Shown here piece by piece: positions 50,460-62,984 of a DNA stretch of 64,000 nucleotides; position 1 is the stretch's first letter; each line of letters begins with the position of its first letter. The stretch lies in the NCBI RefSeq assembly GCF_006345805.1, contig NC_043006.1, positions 23,064,001-23,128,000 on the forward strand, read 5' to 3'. This DNA is from Octopus sinensis. Lineage: Eukaryota. Made by a program: the position numbers and the translations under genes. The notes beneath the pieces are model-generated. The model did no database searches and was not told the DNA's origin. It saw only the letters and a list, made by a program, of their open reading frames with translations.

Positions 50460-52639
50460 AAAACAAAATCTTTTATACAATTTATTTTACCATTTTCTCA
50501 AAAGTGGTAGATTTCAATTAATTTATTATACAAAACATGCAGCCTATTTTATACCAGACAGTCAACAGTGTACTCTTCAGATAACCAAACAATCAATGAA
50601 ATCCCCTCTAAATAACCATTCGGCCAATGTAGTCCTTTCCAGATAACCAGGCATTCAATGGAGTACTGTGCAAGCAACTAGACAATCCATAAAGTCCTCT
50701 CCAAGCAATTTGTCAAACATTCATAGATTATACATAAAGTATTTTTTATACTGAAGACTTTCACGCAAGCTGGAACGAACTAGTTTAACCGAGCCATGTT
50801 CGTACACTTTCGCCACAGAACAAATTTAATGAAGCTTCTCAAACTAGTACCATTTGATTAGTTTGACTAACCATATGGCTCCATATTTTTATAGATAGTA
50901 ACATTTATGCCTCACTCAAGAACATTAATGGTGAAATGAAAAGAAAACATAAAAAAAGATTTCTAAATCAGTTGCGGTCTCGGTATATCAGTGCTGTATC
51001 CATTCTTTCGCAGAGCTGCTCGCTACTTTCACAGCTTTTAAAATAAAAAATGAAACAAACAAGACCCATCATCTTTTAAGCGAACATATGTAATACACAG
51101 ATCTTGTACATTTGACAATATTTTATGACTTGTAAATGAATCCGAGTAACAGGTTATTGTTACACTTCAATAACAGCTGAATTGCTCAGGCAATTTTACT
51201 ATAATATAGCTAAAATGTGTTGTAATGTTAAATCATTTCTTGCTTGAGACAGAGTAATGTAACAAGTAACATTGGTCAGACCGATGTGAAATACAAAAAT
51301 ATCACTGAAAATATGTAGAAATATACGGGCCATAACGTTAAAGTAAAATATTTTAATTCCCTACGGCCGTTTCTTGTAGCAGGCGAGTAGATGAGTGAGA
51401 AAAAAACAGCGCACAAATTGCCTTATTTAATGAAATTAAAATGAGCTTTTAAACGTTTTAAACTTGTTCATCACCATAGCAAAGAAAGAAGAATTATATG
51501 GAAATTTTGTCTCATCTTTAATAATGTGAGAGGAGGGCAAAAATTCCCTTACTATTAGGGTGTTTAAGAACCAATACCGAAAGGATGACATCAAAGACAG
51601 TATAAAATAGTAGCATCTATGATCGGTTATCTAAAACAATTTAGACCGCACGGATATAAAAGTAATTGATTGAAAAAAAAATTTGTAAAGTACAAACTTA
51701 CACAGAAAACATAACAGTTAACCCTTTGAGCACGTAAATTCGCTTTAGCGGATGATTTCGTTTGACTATGCCCTTGGAAAACGCAAAAGCGGGTTACCTC
51801 GTAGTTTTGTGTTTACGGCTTGCTATGTGGCAGAAACATTGATGTTTTTAGCTGTAAATCTAAAACCATGTGGCCACTCGCTTATGTGGCTTTCAGCAAT
51901 ATGGTCAAATGAAATCGTGCCCACTAAAGCGTATTCGTGGGCTCAAAGGGTTAATAAGTGAGACACCTGCAACATACATTCCCATATTTTAGGTGATATA
52001 ATTTGAAACATGAGACATATAGAAGACCAATCGAAATACAAATCACACTACTGTTTCACAGCAATTCAAAGACAATGTATAAAATTGTAGACAAAATAAC
52101 TAGAATCAGCAATTTTATACGACTGCTGGTATTGTACATGCTTTTTTGTTGAAAAAAAAAGAAGACATTTCTTCCTTTTTTGTTGTTTTTTTATATAAAA
52201 GTTTAAGAAAATGTTTACTTCGTTTAGTTTTGCTGGTTGATTGATTTCGTTGCTTTGGTTGATTTGCCTTATCAGATGCCTTATCGATTTTGTATAAAAT
52301 CCGCCAGTGTGGCGTCAACAATTCGTGTTAAGGAACTTTTATAATAAAAAGAATAAATTTCAGCTCTCTTCAGGTCTCGGGGTGCCATTTTTTTCACCTT
52401 CTCATGGAAATTTCACTGTTCAGGATTATATTTTATTAACAAAGATTAACAATCAGTTGTACAAGAGAAAAAGGTATTTTCGCATAAAAAAAAATCATTT
52501 GGAATTGTACCATATGAGTGCATATATATATACACATATATGTGTGCATGTGCATATATATATATACATACATACATATATATATATACACACACACATA
52601 TATACATAAATACAATATGTATGTAAATATATATGTACG

Positions 52640-52693
<54 letters not shown>

Positions 52694-52938
52694 ATATACA
52701 CTAAAACGAGATGCTTTCTGTATATATTTGCAGTTAATTTCCACGATAAATAAATAACTATTCAAATGTCACAGCTTATATTGACGCTGTTGTTATAAAA
52801 TGTTATAAAAACTGATGTGTTTATATTACAATTGTATGAAAATGGTTTTAAACAGATTTCAGTCTCCATCTGTTATACCTACTGTCTATATTTTAAAAGT
52901 CATTGGCGTAAGGTACCATTGCATGTTTTTTTCTTCTT
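50460..52938 (-). other. Putative Wnt4 3' UTR
   Basis: SINE-free AT-rich stretch downstream of the stop. Minus-strand AATAAA occurs at 52437-52432, 50527-50522 and 50486-50481, the last two followed by a GT/T-rich tract. The end point is inferred. Confidence 0.4.
51722..51950. mobile_element. piggyBac-type MITE
   Basis: TTAA|CCCTTTGAGC ... GCTCAAAGGG|TTAA. Confidence 0.9.
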
Positions 52939-53406
52939 TCATAAGCAATAAAATTCGTGTATTACGACTGAACAAGTTAAGCATTTTACGACACAGCACC
53001 AGTTAAACTTGCAATTGCATCGCTCATCGGAAATCCTCTGTATAGTTCTGTAACCACGGCCACAACACAGTAGATCACAACCGTCAATTGCTTTCGAAGT
53101 TAAGTTGCATAACCGGCCGTGCGTGCCTGGAATACCGACCTTAGGGAGGGGTTCACAGAAATCCGGTGATACAATCAAGTAAACTAAATCTTCTTGTGTG
53201 TGAGGTTTGAACTTTGGATTCATTGGAACTAATAATTTCTTAGTTCCTTTGTTCTTCTTACGAACTTCTGTGGCTCCGTCGAATTTCTCTTTTATTATCT
53301 CTCCAACTTCACGAAACGAGCGTATCGCTCGCCAGCAAGTTCGCATTTCACATGTTCCAGATACTCCGTGACATTTACACTGGATTTTCATATGGTTCTC
53401 AATTGC
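52939..53406 (-). CDS. Wnt4: Wnt4 terminal coding exon (155 aa + TGA)
   Basis: Translation [48 protein letters not shown]...[12 protein letters not shown]...SPDFC...[26 protein letters not shown]...[15 protein letters not shown]. It has the Wnt cysteine pattern and the lipidated Ser motif [18 protein letters not shown], FKPHTxEDLVYL and TSKAIDGC match Wnt4 as I recall it. A polypyrimidine tract and AG (53408-53407) give a phase-0 acceptor; stop TGA is at 52941-52939. Confidence 0.95.
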   Translation of the reverse strand, partial: AIENHMKIQCKCHGVSGTCEMRTCWRAIRSFREVGEIIKEKFDGATEVRKKNKGTKKLLVPMNPKFKPHTQEDLVYLIVSPDFCEPLPKVGIPGTHGRLCNLTSKAIDGCDLLCCGRGYRTIQRISDERCNCKFNWCCVVKCLTCSVVIHEFYCL

Positions 53407-53636
53407 CTATAAAACATAAAATAAAAAAAAAGGTATTAGTTTCATATTTTTACACAGTAATACAAAATACAAATTAATTTAGTAATAAAATTCTCGATTT
53501 AGATTTTTATTGTCGTCGAAGCTATACAATAGCAGTTTCTACAAAAAGGGGAAAAAAGCCAAAAGTCGTAGTCTAAAGAATGTCACTCACTGACTTTGTT
53601 AAAGCTCTAGTCAGCATAATTACTCTATATATTTTT

Positions 53637-53860
53637 ATATACTCTTTTACTCTTTTATTTGTTTCAGTCATTTGACCGCGGCCATGCTGGAGCACCGCCT
53701 TTAATCGAGCAACTCGAACCCGGCACTTATTCTTTGTAAGCCCAGTACCAATTCTATCGGTCTGTTTTGCCGAACCGCTAAGTGACGGGGACATAAACAC
53801 ACCAGCATCGGTTGTCAAGCAATGCTGGGGGACAAACACAGACACACAAGCAAACACACT

Positions 53861-53914
<54 letters not shown>

Positions 53915-53994
53915 TACGACGGGCTTCTTTCAGTTTCCGTCTACCAATTCCACTCACAAGGCTTTGGTCAGCCCGAGGCTATAGTAGAAGACAC
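53637..53994 (-). mobile_element. SINE family B, 5'-truncated, about 230 bp upstream of the Wnt4 acceptor
   Basis: Colinear with other B copies and lacks the tRNA head. Confidence 0.85.
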
Positions 53995-54282
53995 ATATTT
54001 TTAGAGAAATTCATGCATGTTGAGTCTGGGGCTGAATAAATGTATATGTGAACTTGATTTGTCTAACTTTGATTCTTACTTCTACATTATTCTACCGCCT
54101 TAGGTTTCTTGAGTACTTCAAAGTGAAGTCTATGCATGGAGAAAAATGTTCGCCATTAATTTATGTAAAAGTTATCTGTTGATATGTCACGGTGGTGTAT
54201 ACATAAGACTAAATTCAATAATGAATTAAAGTAATTATCGAACATGGTTGAATGAAATAGCGTGTCTTAGGCTTTTTATCAT

Positions 54283-54504
54283 TTATTTTTTTACTACCCC
54301 CAAGGGGCTAAACACAGAGGGGACAAACAAGGACAGACAAACGGATTAAGTCGATTATATCGACCCCAGTGTGTAACTGGTACTTAATTTATTGACCCCG
54401 AAAGGCAAAGTCGACCTCGGCGGAATTTGAACTCGGAACGTAACGACAGACGAAATACGGCTACGAATTTCGCCCGGCGTGCTAACGTTTCTGCCAGCTC
54501 GCCG
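54283..54504 (-). mobile_element. SINE family A
   Basis: Colinear with other copies. Confidence 0.85.
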
Positions 54505-54638
54505 TCTTCTAGGTTCTTTATTATTGGAGACTTGAAAGTATATCTTGTTTATGTATCTTTCAGATAATTTATCGGTTTTCTAGTGAATTTAAAGAGATAA
54601 ACAATTATCGTAAAAATCTGTCCAAAGCAATTACTGTT

Positions 54639-54814
54639 CATAAATTAACGATCACTCTACCTAAATTAAGATCACTTTCCATAAATTAATGATTATTCTG
54701 CATAAATTAACGATCACTCTGCATAAACTAACGAATTGCTCTGTATAGGCTATAAATTAACGAATCATGCTTAAATTTACGATCACTCTGCATAAATTTA
54801 CGGATTAAATTAAC
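54639..54814. repeat. Degenerate ~21-bp tandem array (cataaattaacgatcactctg)
   Basis: About nine TAAATT(A/T)A-like cores. Confidence 0.8.
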
Positions 54815-54818
54815 CCTC

Positions 54819-55256
54819 GGATCTTTTCGGTTTGAACGGCAGTTTTTCTAGCGGTGTCATATGAAATTGTCACCCATAATTATGACCCTAGTATCGATCT
54901 ATTGCATTTCAATCTGTTTTAGGGTTAGGGTTAGTTAGGGTTAGGGTTAGGGTTAGAGGTGGGGGGAAGGGTGTCTTTTTTTTCTTCAGAAATGTAAATA
55001 AACCCAATCTGTTTCTTAAACGAAGGACATATTCATACGGCACAGAATGTTTTCACCTCAATAGACGTCATTGATTGGTTGAAATTGCAGAAATTAAAGA
55101 AAAAAACAACAAATATCTTACAAACTATAGAATTTTCTCAATGAAGCCAAGAGAAAAAGATGCTTTATAAACACATTCTACCAGTATACGAAGTTTAAAA
55201 GTGTTTAGTTACGTGGAAATTATTTTAAAAAACTGCCGTTCAAACCGAAAAGATCC
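54819..55256. mobile_element. GGATCTTTTC-TIR MITE copy 4, with the longest TTAGGG run
   Basis: Exact 8-bp TSD taaccctc (54811-54818, 55257-55264). Confidence 0.9.
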
Positions 55257-57044
55257 TAACCCTCTAGACTTCAGCGTTGACCAGCCTATTAATTTTCTTC
55301 TTAATAGAACTACATGAAATATATTTTATTAATCGTAATTATAAAGCTTTTGTCACTGTTTTGAAAAGGTAAACAAAAAAAGTATAAAAAGAAAAAACAG
55401 AAACAAGAAAAAGAAACAGGGTATTTATCTCTACTGAGATTTGCAGCTCCAAAGTTATAAAAAGTGACTTTTTAAAGCGGATTAATTTAGATAGAAGGGG
55501 AAAAAGATGCTTAAAACAAGTTTTGAAAGTGATACAGTTTTAGGTTTTAATGAAACTTATTTAATTTGGTTGCATTGATTGATAGTTTTATAATAGAAAT
55601 TCAGTCATCTTTGGTGCAGTAAAGTTGGTGTAGGTCTCGATTACTTTTGCTTCTGCTACTACTGTTGCTACTAATACTGCTTCAACTACAGCTGTATGTC
55701 AAGTATGTTAGGGTGAGTGGCGATATAATTGTTGTTGCTACTTCGTTATTGGTATCCACAAAAACATGAATCGTATGTCAATTTATTTTTTACTCTAGTC
55801 AAAGAGGGGCGGTGCTTATATCTTGTATAGGCCACAACTTCCACATTTTGTGAATTCGATTCGATTGAGTTCTCGTTTCAACTTCTGTAGATGAATGAGT
55901 GGAAACACGGGCAGGGAATTTCAGTGATATTCGGTTTTATGCTGGAAACCATTATTATTATTACAATAAAAACAATGAATTTATGAAGTACATAATAACA
56001 CTCGAACATTACACCAGACAATTTTGTCACACCTAGAATCTCCCTACCTGCACACATACAAATCTTTCAAACAACACAAAATACATGCACACGCTTAAAA
56101 ATCCATTTTTTAGGCTCTCTAAAATTTAAAACTATAAAATTAGTATTTTTCAACTCTAAAGCGAAAAAACTCTAAAAAGCCATAGTTATTGGGTTCTAAA
56201 GCCCTCGAAAAGGCCGAAAAACTGATTTTATAGTTTTAATCCTTTAGTGTTTAAATCGGCCAAAACCCGTTGTATCTAATTCCTCTACGAAATCTGTTAA
56301 AAAATAAACAAATCACGTTAGTGAATTCTCGTAGCTTTGAGTCAATGTCAGGGCTTTTCTTCCACAAAGCACAGAACTAGGAGAAAAGCAAAATTAACTG
56401 AGATGGATGTCAACAGAGCAAATATTGACTTCCATAAAGTGGAAAAAATAAATGGAAGGAAAAAGGCTGGTAAATATTTCGGTGTGAACGCAAATAGCTG
56501 TTACGTGGTAACAGGGAATGCTAGGAATAGTAGCCAAATCTTTCCTTTTCTGGAAAAAGGTACCGTTTACGCGTGATTTCGATGTCACATTCGTTGAAAG
56601 CGTGCAAAATAACCTGGAAAAGAAAAAAAGACCCGCGAAACAAAACTCCCTTGGTGGGAAACTTCGAGGGCTACACCATCCCTCCCACCTTTCTCTTCCG
56701 GAAAAAAGTGGGCTTGGAGGTCAGATAAGTTGAATGCACCCGAAAACAACCGTGGAAAAAAGGTAATCCACACCGAGGTACGAAATATTTACCAAAAGAA
56801 TAAAATCTTGTACCGATTATACTTGTATTTTAATTAATTCAAATTAATGTACATCATCTTGAAAAGTAGTAAAATTTTTGTCGGTTGCCATCTGGGATAA
56901 TTTTAGTAACAAATCAAACAAGGAAGATGCATCAAGAATTTCGGTGGGATATTAAACTGTAAATATGCCTTTCTCAATACAAGTTAACGTTAACGGATTA
57001 ACGATTAACGAAGTTAACTTTTTGATTGACGGTGCCCACCTCAG

Positions 57045-57086
<42 letters not shown>

Positions 57087-57097
57087 TATATATATAT

Positions 57098-57129
<32 letters not shown>

Positions 57130-57161
57130 AATCCATGCACGCAAGTGTGTATGTATGTATG

Positions 57162-57193
<32 letters not shown>

Positions 57194-57843
57194 TGTATGT
57201 ATGTATGTATGTATGTATGTATGTATGTATGCATGCATGTTCTCTGTCCTTTCATGATGGAGTACAAGTTTATTTGGATAATCTAAGAGAATGTAGGCCC
57301 AAAACAGAAAAAATATATAAAAATATTAAGAAACACTGCTACAGATAGTGACAACGGAACCTTATGAAACCGTATTAATTTACAAATCATTAACTCAGCC
57401 ATCAATAAATACACCTGCAATATTATTCTTCATACTTTTAAAAGAAAATTACTTTCATGTCATTTGAAACCTTCATATCAGTCATCGGTTTCATTGAAGT
57501 TTATAGCCAGTGTCGAATTCAGAGAGAGGCCAAGTGGCGGAGGTGGTTTTTCTTGCAAGATTTAGCTGCCCTTCTTACTAAAACTTCCATTGAAAATGTG
57601 ATAATGTACTGAGGTGATTAATTTTTTTTCCTTTTCTGATGGGGTATTAGTAAAGTAGAGGTGTTATGTATTCTCCCTGTTCGTTGGTAAATATTTCGGC
57701 ACATACGTATGTATGTATGTATGTATGTATGTATGTATGTATGTATGTATGTATGTGTGTGTATATATATATATTATTGTGTCTGGGGAGAGTCATTCTC
57801 TTTTAGTGCCTTGTTACTTAATACACTCACCGGTTCGATTTAC

Positions 57844-57911
<68 letters not shown>

Positions 57912-57913
<2 letters not shown>

Positions 57914-58562
57914 TATCCGAGTATTTATTTTCTTTGCTGAACGCTTCATTTATGATGACGACGTTGATGACTCTGTAGACCAACTTTTTCATAGAAGAGT
58001 CGATGGCGTTGACTGCATGATAATGTTAGTGGAGGCACATGGCCTAGTGGTTAAAGCGGCGGACTCGCGGTCGAGGGATCGCGGGTTCGAATCTCAGACC
58101 GGGTGATGTGTGTGTTTATGAGTGAAACACCTAAGCTCCACGCGGCTCCGGCAGAAGGTAATAGCGAACTTCTGCTGACTATTTCGCCACAACTTTCTCT
58201 CACTCTTTCCTCCTGCATCTTGCAGCTCACCAGCGACGGACCGGCGTCCAGTCCAGGTGGGGAACCTATACGCCAAGGAAACCGGGAAACCGGCCCTTAT
58301 GAGCCAGACGTGGCCCGAGAAGGAACAGACATGATAATGTTAGTGAAGGACGAATTTGATTTTGTCGAGCTTTTCTCCTCTGTCCTTTAATTTCTTCCTT
58401 TTTTCTTCTGGTGGCTTTGAAGGTTTTGGTTTCTATGGTGATGGAACACTGCAGCTTGGCACAATCACAGGCTTGTGTTTCAAACGATTTAGGCTCAAGT
58501 CCAGCGGCTTTCAGCGTTGTTTTGTATTGGTTCGTGTATCTTCGAAGAGTGCAGTCCTGTTG
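57912..58562 (-). mobile_element. RTE/BovB-like LINE 3' fragment split by a family C SINE (58032-58329, plus)
   Basis: RRYTNQYKTTLKAAGLEPKSFETQA...KAR...LSC|SQRHRLFYEKVGLQSHQRRHHK* reads through once the SINE and one TSD copy are removed. 16-bp TSD catgataatgttagtg. Confidence 0.8.
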
Positions 58563-58567
58563 TCTTT

Positions 58568-58599
<32 letters not shown>

Positions 58600-58822
58600 G
58601 CTCACACACACACGAGCACGTAGTTGCAAAACTAGTGGAGAAAAAATGTACATTTGTACACATATTTAGAGTATAGTATTGAGCAAAATACGACTGTCTG
58701 ATGATCGGTTACGTGAAACTATGGATAAGAGTTTGTGAATTATTTTCAGCATCAGTATAACACAGTATGTGTATATCTATGTAGAATGTATATGTTTGTA
58801 AGTATGCATGTATAAATATATA

Positions 58823-59207
58823 GGAATTACTCCGTCGGTTACGACGACGAGGGTTCCGGTTGATCCGAATCAACGGAACAGCCTGCTCGTGAAATTAACG
58901 TGTAAGTGGCTGAGCACTCCACAGACACGTGCACCCTTAACGTAGTTCTCGGGGAGATTCAGCGTGGCACAGAGAGTGACAAGGCCGGCCCCTTGAAATA
59001 CAGACACAACAGAAACAGGAAGTAAGAGTGAGAGAAAGTTGTGGTGAAAGAGTACAGCAGGGTTCACCACCATCTCCTACCGGAGCCTCGTGGAGCTTTT
59101 AGGTGTTTTCGCTCAACAAACACTCACAACGCCCGGTCTGGGAATCGAAACCGCGATCCTATGACCGCGAGTCCGCTGCCCTAACCACTGGACCATTGCG
59201 CCTCCAC
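58823..59207 (-). mobile_element. SINE family C, full length
   Basis: 12-bp TSD tataaatatata. Confidence 0.9.
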
Positions 59208-59225
59208 TATAAATATATATGGAAG

Positions 59226-59268
<43 letters not shown>

Positions 59269-59598
59269 ATAAAACTGAATTTGATTCAGGATTTTCAGGG
59301 TTTTCAGGAATGTGGAATCACCTCTCAGCCGGTATTGTCTCCAGAAAAGCTCTGGCCCTGAGTAATAGCACCTGTCAGGGTGTCACATATGGGTTAACTA
59401 GCTTATGAGCAACGGAACCTAGAAATACTCGGATTGGTGCACGAGGACCTAGTAAACTCAGTTGGAGTGAAGGGTCCCCGGTCTTTGTTAAGGCATCCCA
59501 CTAGGTGAAGGTGTAAACTGGTACTCTACTCAATCGGATATCTTGAACTTACCTGTCAGCAATGGTCATGCTCACCTAACGAGCCATTATAGATTTGC

Positions 59599-59677
<79 letters not shown>

Positions 59678-59709
59678 TATATGTATATATATATACATAT
59701 ATATATATG

Positions 59710-59740
<31 letters not shown>

Positions 59741-59889
59741 ATATATATATATATATTATATATATATATATATTATATATTATATATATATAATATATAT
59801 ATATATATACACATATATATAATTTGTTACCATTTTTACCCCTCCGCAAAAAAATCTCAAATTTTATTTAATTTGCTTTTCGAGGGAAG

Positions 59890-60068
59890 AAATGGGTGGT
59901 GGCGATCCCTGCTGTACTCTTTTGCCACAACTTTTTCCCACTCTTTCTTCTGTCGGCCTTCTCGCTTAGCCAGCGGATTGGCGTCATTTGAAGGCTAAAA
60001 CAATGCGAAGCGCATTGTGACCAGCGATGTGTTGCAACATCTGATAGCCTGGTCGGTCACGGTGATAT
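59890..60068 (+). mobile_element. SINE with family C body and RTE-1-like tail, 5'-truncated
   Basis: Body ggtggcgatccctgctgtactcttt.gccacaacttt. Tail tgtgaccagcgatgtg...ctgatagcctggtcggtcacggtgat resembles the RTE end at about 35808-35868. Confidence 0.7.
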
Positions 60069-60244
60069 ATACATACATATATATTTGAGCAATTGAATGA
60101 ATTATCTTATTGAGGATAATTCGAAAGATAACCGATACCTGGGTAGCAAATTCACATCAGAAAGAACACGGTTGAAGCTACGTCCCTAGGGCATAGACTA
60201 CGTGTCTTCGTGCGGAAATTTTTATGTTTATTTTAAAATTATAA

Positions 60245-60375
60245 GTATATGAAAGAATGGAGTTGAACGATATATATATCCTTTATTCTCGACATATGTT
60301 TCGAATATGCAGCCTTCGAAACATATGTCGAGAATAAAGGATATATATATCGTTCAACTCCATTCTTTCATATAC
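60245..60375. repeat. Perfect palindrome, 61-bp arms, 9-nt loop
   Basis: 60245-60305 is the exact reverse complement of 60315-60375. Confidence 0.95.
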
Positions 60376-60439
60376 ATATATATATATATATACATACATG
60401 CATGTATTTACACTACACATATATAGAGATGGTGATGCA

Positions 60440-60745
60440 GATAAACACATAAGATGTGGCAGCTACGAGAGTCAAACATAAAGTTTATCCCTATTGTCAT
60501 CGGAACATTGGGTTCAATACCACCCAATCTGAAAGAACATTTGAAAACCTTAGAAATACCCTACAATCTAGATGTATTGCAAAAGCCGGCATTACTTGGA
60601 ACTGCACGTATATTGCTTAAAGTACTGTCTGTCCGAGGTGCTTGTTGCGACTTGCCAAACAGTACAAACCCCTGGTAGACACAATATCTTCAATCGCCGA
60701 CAAATGTTGGATGCTACGAGACATCTTAATAATAATAACAATAAC
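60440..60745 (+). mobile_element. R4/Dong-clade LINE extreme 3' end with (AAT)n tail
   Basis: WQL...KFIPIVIGTLGSIPPNLKEHLKTLEI...LQKPALLGTARILLKVL, then a short UTR and aataataataacaataac. Confidence 0.8.
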
Positions 60746-60813
60746 AAAGATTTTTTAACATTTTGGCACAAAATCAACAACCTCACGATATTGTATTCTG
60801 TGCGACGTCTATC

Positions 60814-60877
<64 letters not shown>

Positions 60878-60880
<3 letters not shown>

Positions 60881-61284
60881 CCTTTCTACATTAGGCACAA
60901 GACCTGAAATTAGGGGAGGAGGATAATCGATTAGATCGACCTCAGTACACAACTGGTACTTAGTTTATCGACCCCGAAAAGATGAAAGCAAAGTCGACCT
61001 CGGCGGAATTTGAACCCAGAACGTAGCGGCAGACGATATACCAATTTCTATTTTTTTTACTACCCACAAGGAGCTAAGTAAGCACAGAGAGAACAAACAA
61101 GTACAGACAAACGCATTAAGTCGATTATATCGAACCCAGTGTGTAACAGGTACTTATTTACTCGACCCCGAAAGGATGAAAGGCAAAGTCGACCTCGGCG
61201 AAATTTGAACTCAGAACGTAGCGGCAGACGATATACCACTAAGCATTTCGCCCGGCATGCTAACGATTCTGCCAGCTCGCCGCC

Positions 61285-61287
<3 letters not shown>
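60878..61287 (-). mobile_element. Two nested/tandem family A SINEs inside an (AAT)n tract
   Basis: Two bodies gcaaagtcgacctcggcg at about 60990 and 61180, with (AAT)n at about 60815-60878 and 61288-61357. Confidence 0.8.
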
Positions 61288-61335
<48 letters not shown>

Positions 61336-61813
61336 TAATATAATAATAATAATAATAACCACAAGAAGAAGGGGGAGGAGGATATTTCGAAGAGGATGTT
61401 ATTTTTAACAATGTACTAAAAGAAAGTTTGGGATTAATTCTCTTCCACCAAAAACATATAGCATTCTGATATCATACGGGTCCATTTCAGCATATTTTGT
61501 GTTGACTCTATGGGGAGTTCTCGAACGAGGCTTTCACAAACAACGACACAGAAATCTAGAAAAAGCGTTACCTTATTTTTGGTGTGTGGTAATGTCGTGT
61601 TGATAAATGTAAACCGACCGATTTGATCAGCCTAAGTTTGAAATAGGGTTAAATACGAACACAGACGGTTTAGTTTAAGAAAAAAAAATGACACAAGCAC
61701 AACAATGAGTATTGTGTTGATTAATTTTGCAGCTGATACCGATGGCGGTAGACAAGTATCGTTAACAGGCATTCCATTTCCTTTTCCAGTGGATACATAC
61801 ATACATACATGCA

Positions 61814-61847
<34 letters not shown>

Positions 61848-62984
61848 CATACATACATACATACATACATACACTACATGCATACGCACGTAAGTACAAG
61901 AATACATATATACTTACGTATACATAAATAATAGCATACATATGTATATATAAGTTATATATATATATTATATATATATATATATTTTATATATTATATA
62001 TATATTATATATATATTATATATAATATATATATTATATATTATATATATTATTATATATATTATATACACACACATATATAGTATATACATATATATAT
62101 ATACAAACATATATATACATAATGGCGCTGAACTACAACAAGTGTGTTAACGTGTCTCTCCTAAATATTAAAGAAGTCCTTCCAGAGATCGATGTTATCA
62201 GAAGCGAAATTGTCTGCAAAGCGAATATAAGTGATAGTACAACAAGTCACTGTATTTGAGAAGAATATTTTCGCTTTTGATATAGTATTTCAACTAGAAC
62301 ATACTCGCGAATACACGTGTTAAAACGCACGTGTGTTACTTCCCGAAATCGAAGTGAATTTATTCTTCGTCTGTGAATCAACAAGACACAGTATTTTTGA
62401 GATGGATATTTTCGTTTTTGATGTATATCTGCGTGTCCTGAAAAAAGCCTCTGAAAAATTTGCTGCTTAATACCAAATCGCTTAGGAAAATACAGAAAGT
62501 ATCGTCAAACTGTTGCATGTGCTAAATCGAAACTCAAATCCCTTTTGTTTACAAAGTGCGCTTGGGGAATATAAAAGGTCTGTCTTGTCTATCTATCTTC
62601 CTTTCTTATAAAAAGGAATCACGTAAGTACTCTCTCAGCCGGTAAGGTAAGGAAGATATTATTTATTTTGTTATCATTAGTGTTCTTTCAAACAGAAATA
62701 ATTTAAAAAAAAAAAAAAAAAAGATATAAAAATAAAAAATACGCGTATTCTATCTTTATAATCTTTATAATTTCGTCCTCCGTGCCTGCCACGCACTCTC
62801 TCTTTCTCTTCTTACATTATTTCTATTTCTATCTCTCTCATACATTTTTATTATTGTTATCATTAGTGTTCTTTCAAACAGAAAATAATAATTAAAAAGA
62901 TATAAAAATACGCGCTATTCTATCTTTATAATCTCTCCTCTCTCTTTCTTACATTTCTATTTCTATCTCTCTCATACAGTTTAT

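Noticed and set aside
52939-53406. Assignment to Wnt5, Wnt7, Wnt11 or Wnt16
   Set aside because: FKPHTxEDLVYL, [10 protein letters not shown] and TSKAIDGC fit Wnt4 best from memory. A tree is still needed for certainty.
54915-54965. True telomere or chromosome-fusion scar
   Set aside because: The TTAGGG units are internal to a TIR- and TSD-bounded MITE present four times in the window.
56337-56800. Short ORFs in unique, CpG-richer intronic sequence
   Set aside because: No recognisable domain or consistent splice sites. It may be regulatory, but nothing specific supports a call.
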